Below the pieces are notes generated by a model, which did no database searches, was not told the origin of the DNA, and worked only from the letters and a program-made list of their open reading frames with translations. 64,000 nucleotides of DNA from Spirochaetia bacterium. GTDB lineage: Bacteria; Spirochaetota; Spirochaetia; SZUA-6; Bin103. The DNA is taken from assembly GCA_965208575.1 (NCBI GenBank), contig CBDBOV010000004.1, positions 1,152,001 to 1,216,000 of the forward strand. Direction: 5' to 3'. How positions within the stretch are numbered: position 1 is the stretch's first letter; every line of letters begins with the position of its first letter. The position numbers and the translations under genes were made by a program. Shown here piece by piece: positions 31,803 through 40,080 of the stretch.

Positions 31803-33041
31803 TCACGGCTCACCGGCAGCCCCGACGACCACGCCGTTCGACGGCGCGTGCTCGCCGAACTCTTTCTCCAGCCAGGTGCGGCCGAGCCGGAAGCCATCCA
31901 GGTTCAGCAGCAGTTGCAACGTCGATGCGGGCGCGATGTCCTGCGGCACCACCTGGCCATCGCACAGGTAGGAGACCGGCTTGCGGGCGTCGGCGAGGGC
32001 CGCGATCACGTTGCCGACCGAACCGGTCTCGTCGAGCTTGGTCACGATCACGCTCTCGTAACCGAATGGCTCGAACTGCCGCACGATCTGCAGCAGGTCG
32101 GCTCCCTTCGTGGTCGCGCTTACCACGAGTTGGGTGGTGGCGCCGTGGCCCATCGCATCGAGCACGCTCCGCATCTGTGCGATGCGCGCGTAGTCGGTGG
32201 GACTGCGGCCCACGGTGTCGACGAATATGACGTCGGCGTCGCTGCCGAGGGCGATCGCCTTGCGCAACTCATCGGCGGTCTCGGCGGTGGTCACCGGAAT
32301 ACGCATGATGTCGCCGTACGTTTCGATCTGCGCTCGTGCCCCGATGCGGTAGTTGTCGATGGTCACGATGCGTACCGGCGGCGCCGGCACACCGTTGCCG
32401 AATCCGTGCAGCGCCGCCAGCTTGGCGATCGTGGTGGTCTTGCCGACCCCGGTCGGACCGACCAGGGTGCACACGCGCGGGCCGTCGGCCGGGGCGGGAA
32501 GCTGCTGCAGCGGCGGTGCGATCTTCAGCTCCGCGGCAATCTGCCGCACCACGAACCGGTGTACCGCGCCCTGATCCCGCAGGCTGGACACCGGCAGTTC
32601 GGTGCGCACCGCGTCGATCAGGCGGCCGCGCATCGGCGCCGCGAAGTCGTTGGCCGCGAGCAGCGCGCGCAACTCGGCGAGGGACGGGTGATCGTCGCGC
32701 CGCACGGTCACTTCCGATCCGGGCGGAAGCGATTCGTCCAACCGCTCCCGCAACGCCGCAACCTCGCCGAGCAGCCGGGCAAGACTGGGTGCCTGCTGCG
32801 CCCGCGCCGCCTCGCCGGCGACCGCGCGCGGCGCGCCGTCGTCCGCGGGCGGCGTGGTGGCGTCCGGCGGCGTGCCGTCGACGTAACCGGTAATCTCCAC
32901 GGCCGGACGCGCGAACAGCCCCAGCACGCCGCCGACGCGAACCGTGCGGTGGGACTGGATGCAGGCGTCGGGGCCGTACTTCCGCATCATCTCCGCCAGC
33001 GCCGCCTGCGAGTTGGCGCCGCGTACCGTGAAATAGCGCAT
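31803..33041 (-). CDS. flhF: Flagellar SRP-type GTPase FlhF
   Basis: [34 protein letters not shown] and GQVVPQDI. Confidence 0.95.
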   Translation of the reverse strand: MRYFTVRGANSQAALAEMMRKYGPDACIQSHRTVRVGGVLGLFARPAVEITGYVDGTPPDATTPPADDGAPRAVAGEAARAQQAPSLARLLGEVAALRERLDESLPPGSEVTVRRDDHPSLAELRALLAANDFAAPMRGRLIDAVRTELPVSSLRDQGAVHRFVVRQIAAELKIAPPLQQLPAPADGPRVCTLVGPTGVGKTTTIAKLAALHGFGNGVPAPPVRIVTIDNYRIGARAQIETYGDIMRIPVTTAETADELRKAIALGSDADVIFVDTVGRSPTDYARIAQMRSVLDAMGHGATTQLVVSATTKGADLLQIVRQFEPFGYESVIVTKLDETGSVGNVIAALADARKPVSYLCDGQVVPQDIAPASTLQLLLNLDGFRLGRTWLEKEFGEHAPSNGVVVGAAGEP

Positions 33042-33045
33042 CCCC

Positions 33046-35013
33046 TCAGCGCTCCTCTGCCCGGCCGCCCGCGGCGAGTCCCGACACCTCCGCGAGGCGG
33101 CGCACGGAGCGGGCGGCCGCCACCTCGCTGGTCGCCAGGCACACCAGGTCGGGTATGCGGCGCTCGGTACTGCGCTTCACCAGCGGCCGCACTTCCTCGG
33201 AAGCCAACACCGCCGGCCGGCAGTCCTGCCGCGCACTCTGCCCGAGGGTGGCGGCCAACTCCTCGACCCAGCGGCCGAACTCCGCCGCGGCGCCCGGCCG
33301 GAGGTCCTGCCCCGCCTGCGCGGCCAGCAGCTCCCGCTCCAGCTCCGGCGCCAGCGTGACCACGTGCAACACGCCCTGCGCGTCGCTGTGCTGCGCGCTG
33401 ATCTGGCGGCCGAGCGAGCGCCGCACCCGGCGCACCAGGTAGTCCACGTCGCGCTGCCGGCCGGCCTCGTCCGCGAGCGTCTCCAGTATGGTTACCAGGT
33501 CGCGGATCGATACCCGTTCACGCAACAGCCCCTGCAATACCGCGCGGATCTCGCCCACCGACAGCGCCGCGGTGGCCTCTTCCACCACCGTCGGACAGCT
33601 CTCGCGCAATTCGTCGATCATCGCCCGCACCTGGTCGCGGCCGAGCAGTTCCGCCGCGTGACGCATGAGGACGGCGCGGAACTGCCCCACCAGGGTATCC
33701 ACCGTGTCGGAGCAGCCGGCACCGGGACGGCAGCGTCCGCCGCCGGCTTCGACACCGCGAATCTTGAACCGGTACGCGGTGGGCGGAAGCTGCAGGTTGT
33801 CGGTAACGTGCAGCGCCGGCACCTGCAGCCCCCAGTCGCGCGCCGCCCGGTCGCGTACGCCGCGGGCGCCGCGCAGCAGCTCGGCGCCCGCATTCCCGTC
33901 GGTCGCCGCCAGCAGACCGTACCCCAGTTCCAGCGCCAACGCCGGCGGCAGCGCAGGCGCGGCCCCGCCGGCAGGGTTCGGCGCCGCCGTTGCCCCCGCG
34001 TCGGACGTCGGCGGCGCTGCTTCGGTACCAGGATTGCGCCGGCCGACCGCGCGGCCCAGCCCCGCCACCGCGCCGGCCAGCGGCAGCAACAACCAGGGCG
34101 GGAACCCGGGCAGCAGGCCGAGCAGGGCGAGAAAGCCGGCGGTGACGTAGAATGGACGGTCGTAGCGGGCGAGCTGCAGCGCGGCGTCGATCCCGAACGG
34201 CTGGTCCGAGGCGGCGCGCGTAACGATGATGCCGGTGGCGGTGGAGACGAGCAGCGCGGGAAGCTGGGTTACCAGCCCGTCGCCGATGGTCAGTGCGACG
34301 TAGTGATGCGCCGCGGATGCCAGGTCCTCGCCGTGCACGCTGACGCCGATGATGAAGCCGCCGGCGAGATTGACCGCGGTGATGAACAATGCCACCCGCA
34401 CGTTGCCGGCCACGAACTTGGAAGCACCGTCCATGGCACCGTAGAAGTCCGCCTGGCGCTGCAACTCCTGCTGCCGGAGCCGCGCCTGCGCCTCGGTGAG
34501 CCGCCCGGAGTGGTATTCCGCGTCGATCGCCATCTGCCGGCCGGGCAGGGCGTCGAGCGTGAAGCGCGCCGCCACCTCCGCCACCCGGGTCGATCCGCGC
34601 GTAATCACCACCACCTGCACGGCGATGATGATGATGAAGATGATCAGGCCGATCACCACCCCCGCGGTGCCGGAAGATCCGACCACGAAACTGCCGAACG
34701 CGCGCACGATGCGGCCGTCGAAGGCGGCCCCCTGCGACAGGATCAGCCGCGTCGAGGAGACATTGAGCGCCAGCCCGAACACGGTGGCCAACAGCAGCAA
34801 GGTAGGGAAGCTGCTGAACTCGGCGCTGTTGCGCACACTCAGCACGACCAGGATCACCAGCAGGCTGATGCCTATGTTGAGCGCCATGCCGAGGTCGAGC
34901 AGCACGGCCGGCAGCGGAATCAGCAGCATCAGCACCGCGACGCACACGAACACGGCGACCAGCGCGTCGCCGCGCTGCAGCCAGGCGCCGGAGGGATTGC
35001 CGGCCCTGCTCAT
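33046..35013 (-). CDS. flhA: Flagellar export gate protein FlhA (cytoplasmic domain internally shortened)
   Basis: FSSFPTLLL, RVAEVAARFTLDALPGRQMAID, FYGAMDGASKFV, TIGDGLVTQLPAL, LELGYGL and ERVSIRDL. Confidence 0.93.
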   Translation of the reverse strand: MSRAGNPSGAWLQRGDALVAVFVCVAVLMLLIPLPAVLLDLGMALNIGISLLVILVVLSVRNSAEFSSFPTLLLLATVFGLALNVSSTRLILSQGAAFDGRIVRAFGSFVVGSSGTAGVVIGLIIFIIIIAVQVVVITRGSTRVAEVAARFTLDALPGRQMAIDAEYHSGRLTEAQARLRQQELQRQADFYGAMDGASKFVAGNVRVALFITAVNLAGGFIIGVSVHGEDLASAAHHYVALTIGDGLVTQLPALLVSTATGIIVTRAASDQPFGIDAALQLARYDRPFYVTAGFLALLGLLPGFPPWLLLPLAGAVAGLGRAVGRRNPGTEAAPPTSDAGATAAPNPAGGAAPALPPALALELGYGLLAATDGNAGAELLRGARGVRDRAARDWGLQVPALHVTDNLQLPPTAYRFKIRGVEAGGGRCRPGAGCSDTVDTLVGQFRAVLMRHAAELLGRDQVRAMIDELRESCPTVVEEATAALSVGEIRAVLQGLLRERVSIRDLVTILETLADEAGRQRDVDYLVRRVRRSLGRQISAQHSDAQGVLHVVTLAPELERELLAAQAGQDLRPGAAAEFGRWVEELAATLGQSARQDCRPAVLASEEVRPLVKRSTERRIPDLVCLATSEVAAARSVRRLAEVSGLAAGGRAEER

Positions 35014-36140
35014 TGCGGCCACCGCACGCCTCCGAAACGCGCGCCGACGCCGGGCTCGCGGCGGTCGCGGCTCGCCGCGCCGTGCGCCGCCAGCATCGCG
35101 GCCACCGCCGGCTCGTACGACCGCGGGATGGGGTCGCCGAGCGCGACGCGGCGAAACAGGGCGCCGGCCAGCGCCGCGCGTTCGATCACGGCCACGCCGC
35201 TCGACTCGGCCGCCTGCCGCATCCGCGGTGCGCTGTCGGCAGCCGCCTTGGCGACCACCACCGGCGCGGTCATGGTGTCGGGGTCCCACCGCAAGGCCAC
35301 CACGGTACGCGCCGCGTCGGCGCACACCACGTCCGCGGCCGCGACCTGCTCGGCGGCCGTGCGCGCGAGCAGTGCGCGCGTGCGGGCGCGCAACCGATCG
35401 CGCACCATCGGGTCGCCCTCCTGCAGGCGCCGTTCCTCGCGCTCCCGTGCCACCGAACGGTGCGCCCGCCGGCGGGCGCGGAAATTGCGCAACAGGTAGT
35501 CGGCCGCCGCCAGCAGCAACAGGGCACCCGCCGCCTGCACGGCCAGGCGCAGCGCCGCGCCGTACGCCGCCTCGGCCATGGCTGCGCCGGCCGCGATCGC
35601 GCGCAGCGCGGCGCCGATGTTGAGCACCGCGATCACCGCCACCCCGCCCACCTTGAGCAGTTCCCGGCCGAGGCCGATCGCGGTGTCTGCCGACCACAGC
35701 CGGCGGCCGACGCGTCCCCAACTCGGGGTGATGCGGTGCCAGCGCGGCGTCACGCTTCGCAACCTGATCGGCAAACCTTGCTGGACGAGATGTCCGGCCA
35801 CGGCGCCCGCGATCGCTGCCGCCAGCAGCGGCGCCGCCAGCCGGCCCGCATGGCCGAGCGCCGCCGGCAGCAGGCCGGCCAGCGCGGCGGCGTCGCCCGC
35901 GGCCGCCACGCGACCGAAGCACAGGCGCAGCAATTCGCCGCCGGCGGCGGCGATGGCGGGGCCGGTCAGCGCCGCCGCGCCAATCCCGGCCAGCAGGATC
36001 ACCGCCGCGGTCACCTCCGGCGAGCGCACCGGCTCGGCGGAGTCGCGGGACGCACCGGCGCGCGCAGCGGACGCGCGCAGCCGATCGTCGGCGCCGGCCC
36101 GCCCGCCGCCGACGAGAGCGGACCGGAACGCGCCGCTCAC
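35010..36140 (-). CDS. flhB: Divergent FlhB lacking the NPTH autocleavage motif
   Basis: EGDPMVR, ADVV...VVALRWD, APVVVAK and LAGALF..V..GDPIP; located between fliR and flhA. Confidence 0.85.
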   Translation of the reverse strand: MSGAFRSALVGGGRAGADDRLRASAARAGASRDSAEPVRSPEVTAAVILLAGIGAAALTGPAIAAAGGELLRLCFGRVAAAGDAAALAGLLPAALGHAGRLAAPLLAAAIAGAVAGHLVQQGLPIRLRSVTPRWHRITPSWGRVGRRLWSADTAIGLGRELLKVGGVAVIAVLNIGAALRAIAAGAAMAEAAYGAALRLAVQAAGALLLLAAADYLLRNFRARRRAHRSVAREREERRLQEGDPMVRDRLRARTRALLARTAAEQVAAADVVCADAARTVVALRWDPDTMTAPVVVAKAAADSAPRMRQAAESSGVAVIERAALAGALFRRVALGDPIPRSYEPAVAAMLAAHGAASRDRREPGVGARFGGVRWPQ

Positions 36141-36970
36141 GGCACCGCTCCCGCGCCCGCCGGCGGCGTGGCCGTCAGCCCGTCCAGCATCCGGCGCAGC
36201 GTGGCAAAGCCGTCGTCGAGCGCCGCCGCGGCGGCGCTCAGCAGCAATGGCAGCGTGACCAGGAGGATCACCAGGCCGGCGCCGAGCGACAACGGCAGCC
36301 CCAGCATGAGCAGGTTCATGTGCGGCGCGACGCGCGCGAGCAGGGCAAGCGCGAGTGACACCAGCAGCAGTGCCGCGAATATCGGCAGCGCGATCGCCAT
36401 GGCGGTGCCGAACAGGCGCGCAAGGCTGCCCGCCACGGTGTGCAGCAGCAACCCGGCGCCGCGGCCCGTGCCGGCCGCGAAGCTCACCACCAGGTCGGCG
36501 GCGCGCAGGGCGTGAAAGGAACCCGCCACGCCGTCGAGCATCAGCCGGTGCAGTCCGCCCACCGACAGGAACGCCATCACGGCGAGCACGTGGAACAACT
36601 GGCCCAAAAGCGGAGAACGGCCCGCGGTGAACGGATCGAGCAGCTCGACCACGCCGAACCCGACGGGCAGCGAGATGAACGCGCCGGCGGTCTGCAGGGC
36701 GGTGAACCCCAGGAGCACCAGGAAGCCGAGCAGCACACCCACGAGCGCCTCGCCGAGCAGCAGCAACGCGAACTGTACCCCGGACGCCGGTACCGGGTAG
36801 CCGCCGGCGATCACCCCGGGCAGCGCTACCACGGCGATGAACAGCGCCAGCCCCAACCGCCCCGGTTGCGGAATGGCCGCCGACGAGAACAGCGGCGCCA
36901 CCTGCATCATCGCCACCACGCGCGCCAACACCAGCAGCCCGATCCCCAGGTCATCGGCAAGCAGCCGCAT
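36137..36970 (-). CDS. fliR: Flagellar export protein FliR
   Basis: LARV...APLFSS, GEALVG, TAGAFI, ALPI and RVAPHMNLLMLGLP. Confidence 0.9.
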   Translation of the reverse strand: MRLLADDLGIGLLVLARVVAMMQVAPLFSSAAIPQPGRLGLALFIAVVALPGVIAGGYPVPASGVQFALLLLGEALVGVLLGFLVLLGFTALQTAGAFISLPVGFGVVELLDPFTAGRSPLLGQLFHVLAVMAFLSVGGLHRLMLDGVAGSFHALRAADLVVSFAAGTGRGAGLLLHTVAGSLARLFGTAMAIALPIFAALLLVSLALALLARVAPHMNLLMLGLPLSLGAGLVILLVTLPLLLSAAAAALDDGFATLRRMLDGLTATPPAGAGAVP

Positions 36971-37257
36971 CACGGCCTCGCCGCCATGGCCGGGATGCTC
37001 TCGAACAACCGGGTAGTGAAGTCGATCATCGACGCCCCCAGCCACGGGCCCAACAGCAGGGCGACCCCGATGACCGCAAAGATCTTCGGCACGAAGGACA
37101 GCGTCTGCTCCTGGATCGAGGTGGCAGCCTGCACGATCGACACCACGAGCCCCACCAGCACGCTCGCCACCATCAGCGGCGCCGCCAGCACGAGGAGCTG
37201 CAGCACCGCCTCGCGCGCCAGGGTCACGACGGTACCGAGCGTCATCGCCGCCGCCAT
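36970..37257 (-). CDS. fliQ: Flagellar export protein FliQ
   Basis: VGLVVSIVQAATSIQEQTLSFVPKI. Confidence 0.96.
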   Translation of the reverse strand: MAAAMTLGTVVTLAREAVLQLLVLAAPLMVASVLVGLVVSIVQAATSIQEQTLSFVPKIFAVIGVALLLGPWLGASMIDFTTRLFESIPAMAARP

Positions 37258-38102
37258 CAGCGGAAACTCTCGATCAGTTGCATGACCAGCAGATCCCAGC
37301 CATCGACCAGTACGAACAGCACCAGCTTGAACGGCAGCGAAATGAGCACCGGGGGAAGTACGATGATCCCCATCGAGATCAGCGTGGTGGCCACCACCAT
37401 GTCGATGATCACGAACGGAATGAATATGAGCACGCCTATTTTGAATGCCACGGTGAGCTCATGCAGAATGAACGCCGGGATCAGGATGTAAGTGGGCACG
37501 TCGGCGCGCGTGTTCGGCTTGGGCAGATCGCGCATGCTCATGAACAGGCGGATGTTGTCGGCGTCGTTGCCGAGCTGGCGAAACATGAATTCGCGTACCG
37601 GGGCCTGGGCGCGTTGCAACAGCTCCTGCCCGTGCAGCTCGCCGCGCGAGAACGGCTGCAGGGCGTCGCGGTTGATCGCCTCGAAGGTCGGCCACATGAT
37701 GAACGCGGTCAGAAACAGGGCTACGCCCATCAACACCTGGTTGGGCGGCATGTCGGTGAGCGAAAGCGCGCGCTTCACGAACTGCAGCACGATGGCAAGG
37801 CGCAGGAACGAGGTAGTCAGGATCACGATCGACGGCGCCAGCGACAGCACCGCGAGCAGCAGCAGCAACTGCAGCGACAGCGCCAGCTCCTGATTGGTGT
37901 ACGCGTCGCGCAGGCTGAGGTCCAGGAACGGCACGCTGCTGACGGCCGGCGCCGCGGCGGCTGCGATGCCCGCGGCCGCGGCAGCCGCCGCGTCGGGCGC
38001 GGGCGCCGGCGTCTGCGCCGCCACCGGGGCGGCGATGAGCAACGCCGCGCACAAGGCCGCGCCGGCGGCAGCACGGCGGCGCAGGATGCTAGGTAGCCGC
38101 AC
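37257..38102 (-). CDS. fliP: Flagellar export pore protein FliP
   Basis: LAPSI..LTTSFLR, PPNQVL, IPAFILHEL..AFKIG and ISLPFKLVLFVLVDGW; GTG start with a GGAGG RBS. Confidence 0.96.
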   Translation of the reverse strand: MRLPSILRRRAAAGAALCAALLIAAPVAAQTPAPAPDAAAAAAAGIAAAAAPAVSSVPFLDLSLRDAYTNQELALSLQLLLLLAVLSLAPSIVILTTSFLRLAIVLQFVKRALSLTDMPPNQVLMGVALFLTAFIMWPTFEAINRDALQPFSRGELHGQELLQRAQAPVREFMFRQLGNDADNIRLFMSMRDLPKPNTRADVPTYILIPAFILHELTVAFKIGVLIFIPFVIIDMVVATTLISMGIIVLPPVLISLPFKLVLFVLVDGWDLLVMQLIESFR

Positions 38103-39036
38103 GGACCTCTTCCTCCACCGCCGGGGTGCGGCCCAGGCGGCGCGCGCGATCCCGTTGGCGGGGCGCCCGATCACCCAGGCGGCGCGCTCGATCCCGTTGG
38201 AGGGGCGCCCGATCCCGTTGGAGGGGCGCCCGATCCCGTTGGAGGGGCGCCCGATCCCGTTGGAGGGGCGCCCGATCCCGTTGGAGGGGCGCCCGATCCC
38301 GTTGGAGGGGTGCCCGATCCCGCTGGAGGGGCGCCCGATCACCCAGGCGGCGCGCCCGCTCCCGCTGCCGGCGCAGGAACGCGGTGTGGCCGGAGTCCGC
38401 GCTGCGCGCATCGGAGGGCGTGCCGATGCCGGCCTCGGCGAGCAGGTCGGCAAACCGGCTGCGCGCGGAAGCGCCCTGCCCGGCGGGGTGCGCCGCGAGC
38501 CGATCGAGGCGCTCGGGATCGGTGATCTCGGCCACCAGGTTTACCGCCTGGTCGCCGGCTCCCACCAGGTAGTAGCCGCCGGCCGCACGCACCAGGTGCA
38601 GGCTGCGGTTGCCGCCGAGCGAACGCGAACCGAGCACGGCGATCAGCTCGCTGTTGCCGAGCCGGCCCGCGGCGCCGCGCCGGAAGAGCCGGAACAGCAG
38701 GTAGATCGCGCCGAGCACCGCGGCAAGCACCACCACCATGCGCACGAAGTCGCCGGTCGAGACCACGCCGCCGGCCGCGGCGCCGGAGGTGCGGCCGGCC
38801 TCGGGCAGCGGCGTCGCGTCGACCGGCGGCGCGCCGGCAACCGACGCCTGTGGCTGCGGTTGCGGCTGCTGCGCGGACAACGGACACACCGCGACCAGCA
38901 GCGCGCCCGCGATCAGCAGCGCCGGAGCACCGATGGCAGAGCGCCGCGCACGCTTGGTCGAAGCGCGGGCGGCTGTCGCGTTGTACAGGTCTGTTCCCCT
39001 CCCAGGAACGCAGCCTTGCGTCCTTTCCTTCGCCAT
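38089..39036 (-). CDS. fliO: FliO/FliZ-type export chaperone with a repeat-expanded C-terminus
   Basis: TM (FVRMVVVLAAVLGAIYL), SLGGNRSLHLVRA...YLVGAGDQAVNLVAEI, and position immediately before fliP. Confidence 0.85.
   Translation of the reverse strand: MAKERTQGCVPGRGTDLYNATAARASTKRARRSAIGAPALLIAGALLVAVCPLSAQQPQPQPQASVAGAPPVDATPLPEAGRTSGAAAGGVVSTGDFVRMVVVLAAVLGAIYLLFRLFRRGAAGRLGNSELIAVLGSRSLGGNRSLHLVRAAGGYYLVGAGDQAVNLVAEITDPERLDRLAAHPAGQGASARSRFADLLAEAGIGTPSDARSADSGHTAFLRRQRERARRLGDRAPLQRDRAPLQRDRAPLQRDRAPLQRDRAPLQRDRAPLQRDRAPLQRDRARRLGDRAPRQRDRARRLGRTPAVEEEVRAAT
38148..38340 (-). repeat. 21-bp tandem repeat x7 (DRAPLQR) in the fliO 3' end, plus degenerate flanking copies
   Basis: CGATCCCGTTGGAGGGGCGCC occurs seven times on the plus strand at 38189-38335. 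Confidence 0.95.
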
Positions 39037-39044
39037 CGCCGGCG

Positions 39045-39953
39045 CTATCGGTCTCTCCCCCCGGAGTCAAGAATCTCCGTGACCCGGATGCCGTAACTGT
39101 CTTCCAATGCCACGACCCGCCCGCGCGCGACCGGCTCGCGGTTCATCTCGATCGCGACCGACTGGCCGGCGAATCGACTCATGCCGATTACCATGCCCTC
39201 GTCGAGGGCGGGCGCGCCGCCGCTGCGCAGCCCGCCGGCGCCCAGTTCAACGGTCACCATGGCATCGGCGCGAGCGGCGCGCGACGGTCGCGGCGGCGCC
39301 ACTTCGCGGGCCAGCAAGCGGTGGCCGATCGCCGCCAGACTTGCCTCCGCCACCGCCAGGTACAGTTGGCCCTCCTGTCCGCCGGCGGCCGCCGCGAAGG
39401 TGGCGCACACCAGCCGGGTGTCCGGCGCCGGCAGTTCGGTGGTGTCGGCCTGCCGCTCGAGGTACTCGAGGCGCGGTACGACGCCGCACACCGGCGCCCA
39501 CGCGCGCTGCAGGTCGGGCAGCAGCGCCGCGATGCCGCGCCGCAGCACCATGCCCTCGATCTCGCTCAAGCCGCGCTCCGGCACCATGGGTACGCCGCGC
39601 CCGCCCAGCAGCCGGTCGATCAGCAGGAATGCAAGCACCCGGTCGACGGCAAACAGCGCCGCCCCCGGCAGCGGGTCGAGCGCCACGCCCGCCAGCGCCG
39701 CCGGCGCCCACCGGGCTCGCAGTTCACTGCATGACCGGCGCTCCGCCGCGGCAAGCCGAACCCGGCACGGCGTGCGCACGAGCGTGCTGAGCGACTCGGA
39801 GGCGAAGCGCGCGAATCGGCGATGTACCGCGCTCACGATGGCGACCTGCTCGCCGGCCAGCGGCCCCGCGCCGGACGGCAAACCGCCGGGGGGCATACTG
39901 CCGGACGGCATACTGCCGGACGACCAGCGGTCATGCGGCACGCCCTCACCCAT
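39045..39953 (-). CDS. FliM middle domain plus FliN-type SPOA domain (C-ring chimera); start uncertain
   Basis: EQVAIVSAVHRRFAR..SLS, LDPLPG and IDRLLGG..LSEIE are FliM-like; VELG...GRVVALEDSYGIRVTEI is FliN-like. Confidence 0.75.
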   Translation of the reverse strand: MGEGVPHDRWSSGSMPSGSMPPGGLPSGAGPLAGEQVAIVSAVHRRFARFASESLSTLVRTPCRVRLAAAERRSCSELRARWAPAALAGVALDPLPGAALFAVDRVLAFLLIDRLLGGRGVPMVPERGLSEIEGMVLRRGIAALLPDLQRAWAPVCGVVPRLEYLERQADTTELPAPDTRLVCATFAAAAGGQEGQLYLAVAEASLAAIGHRLLAREVAPPRPSRAARADAMVTVELGAGGLRSGGAPALDEGMVIGMSRFAGQSVAIEMNREPVARGRVVALEDSYGIRVTEILDSGGRDR

Positions 39954-40080
39954 CGGCGCCCCCGGCGCCCGGCCGGCAAGGCGCGACGAATGCGCACACC
40001 GGTGGTACGCGAGCGGGGAGCAACGCAGCCAGCCGGGAGGGATCGCCGCGTTCATGCAGCCGGAGTTGCGCCATCGGCTG

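Noticed and set aside
31600-31897. Short ORFs between flhF and fliA as an flhG pseudogene
   Set aside because: No MinD/ParA motifs (e.g. GKGGVGK) are found in any listed frame.
34395-34440. FlhA KFVAGNV instead of KFVRGDA (D208 equivalent)
   Set aside because: To my recollection GNV is usual in spirochete FlhA, so it is not counted as a specific degeneration without an alignment.
33046-35922. 958-aa ORF suggesting an FlhB-FlhA fusion
   Set aside because: The upstream ~300 aa are an alternative frame overlapping flhB. FlhA homology begins at ATG 35013, and flhB has its own stop at 35010.
38148-38340. Possible CRISPR array
   Set aside because: The units are directly adjacent with no unique spacers, are in frame within fliO, and no cas genes are present.
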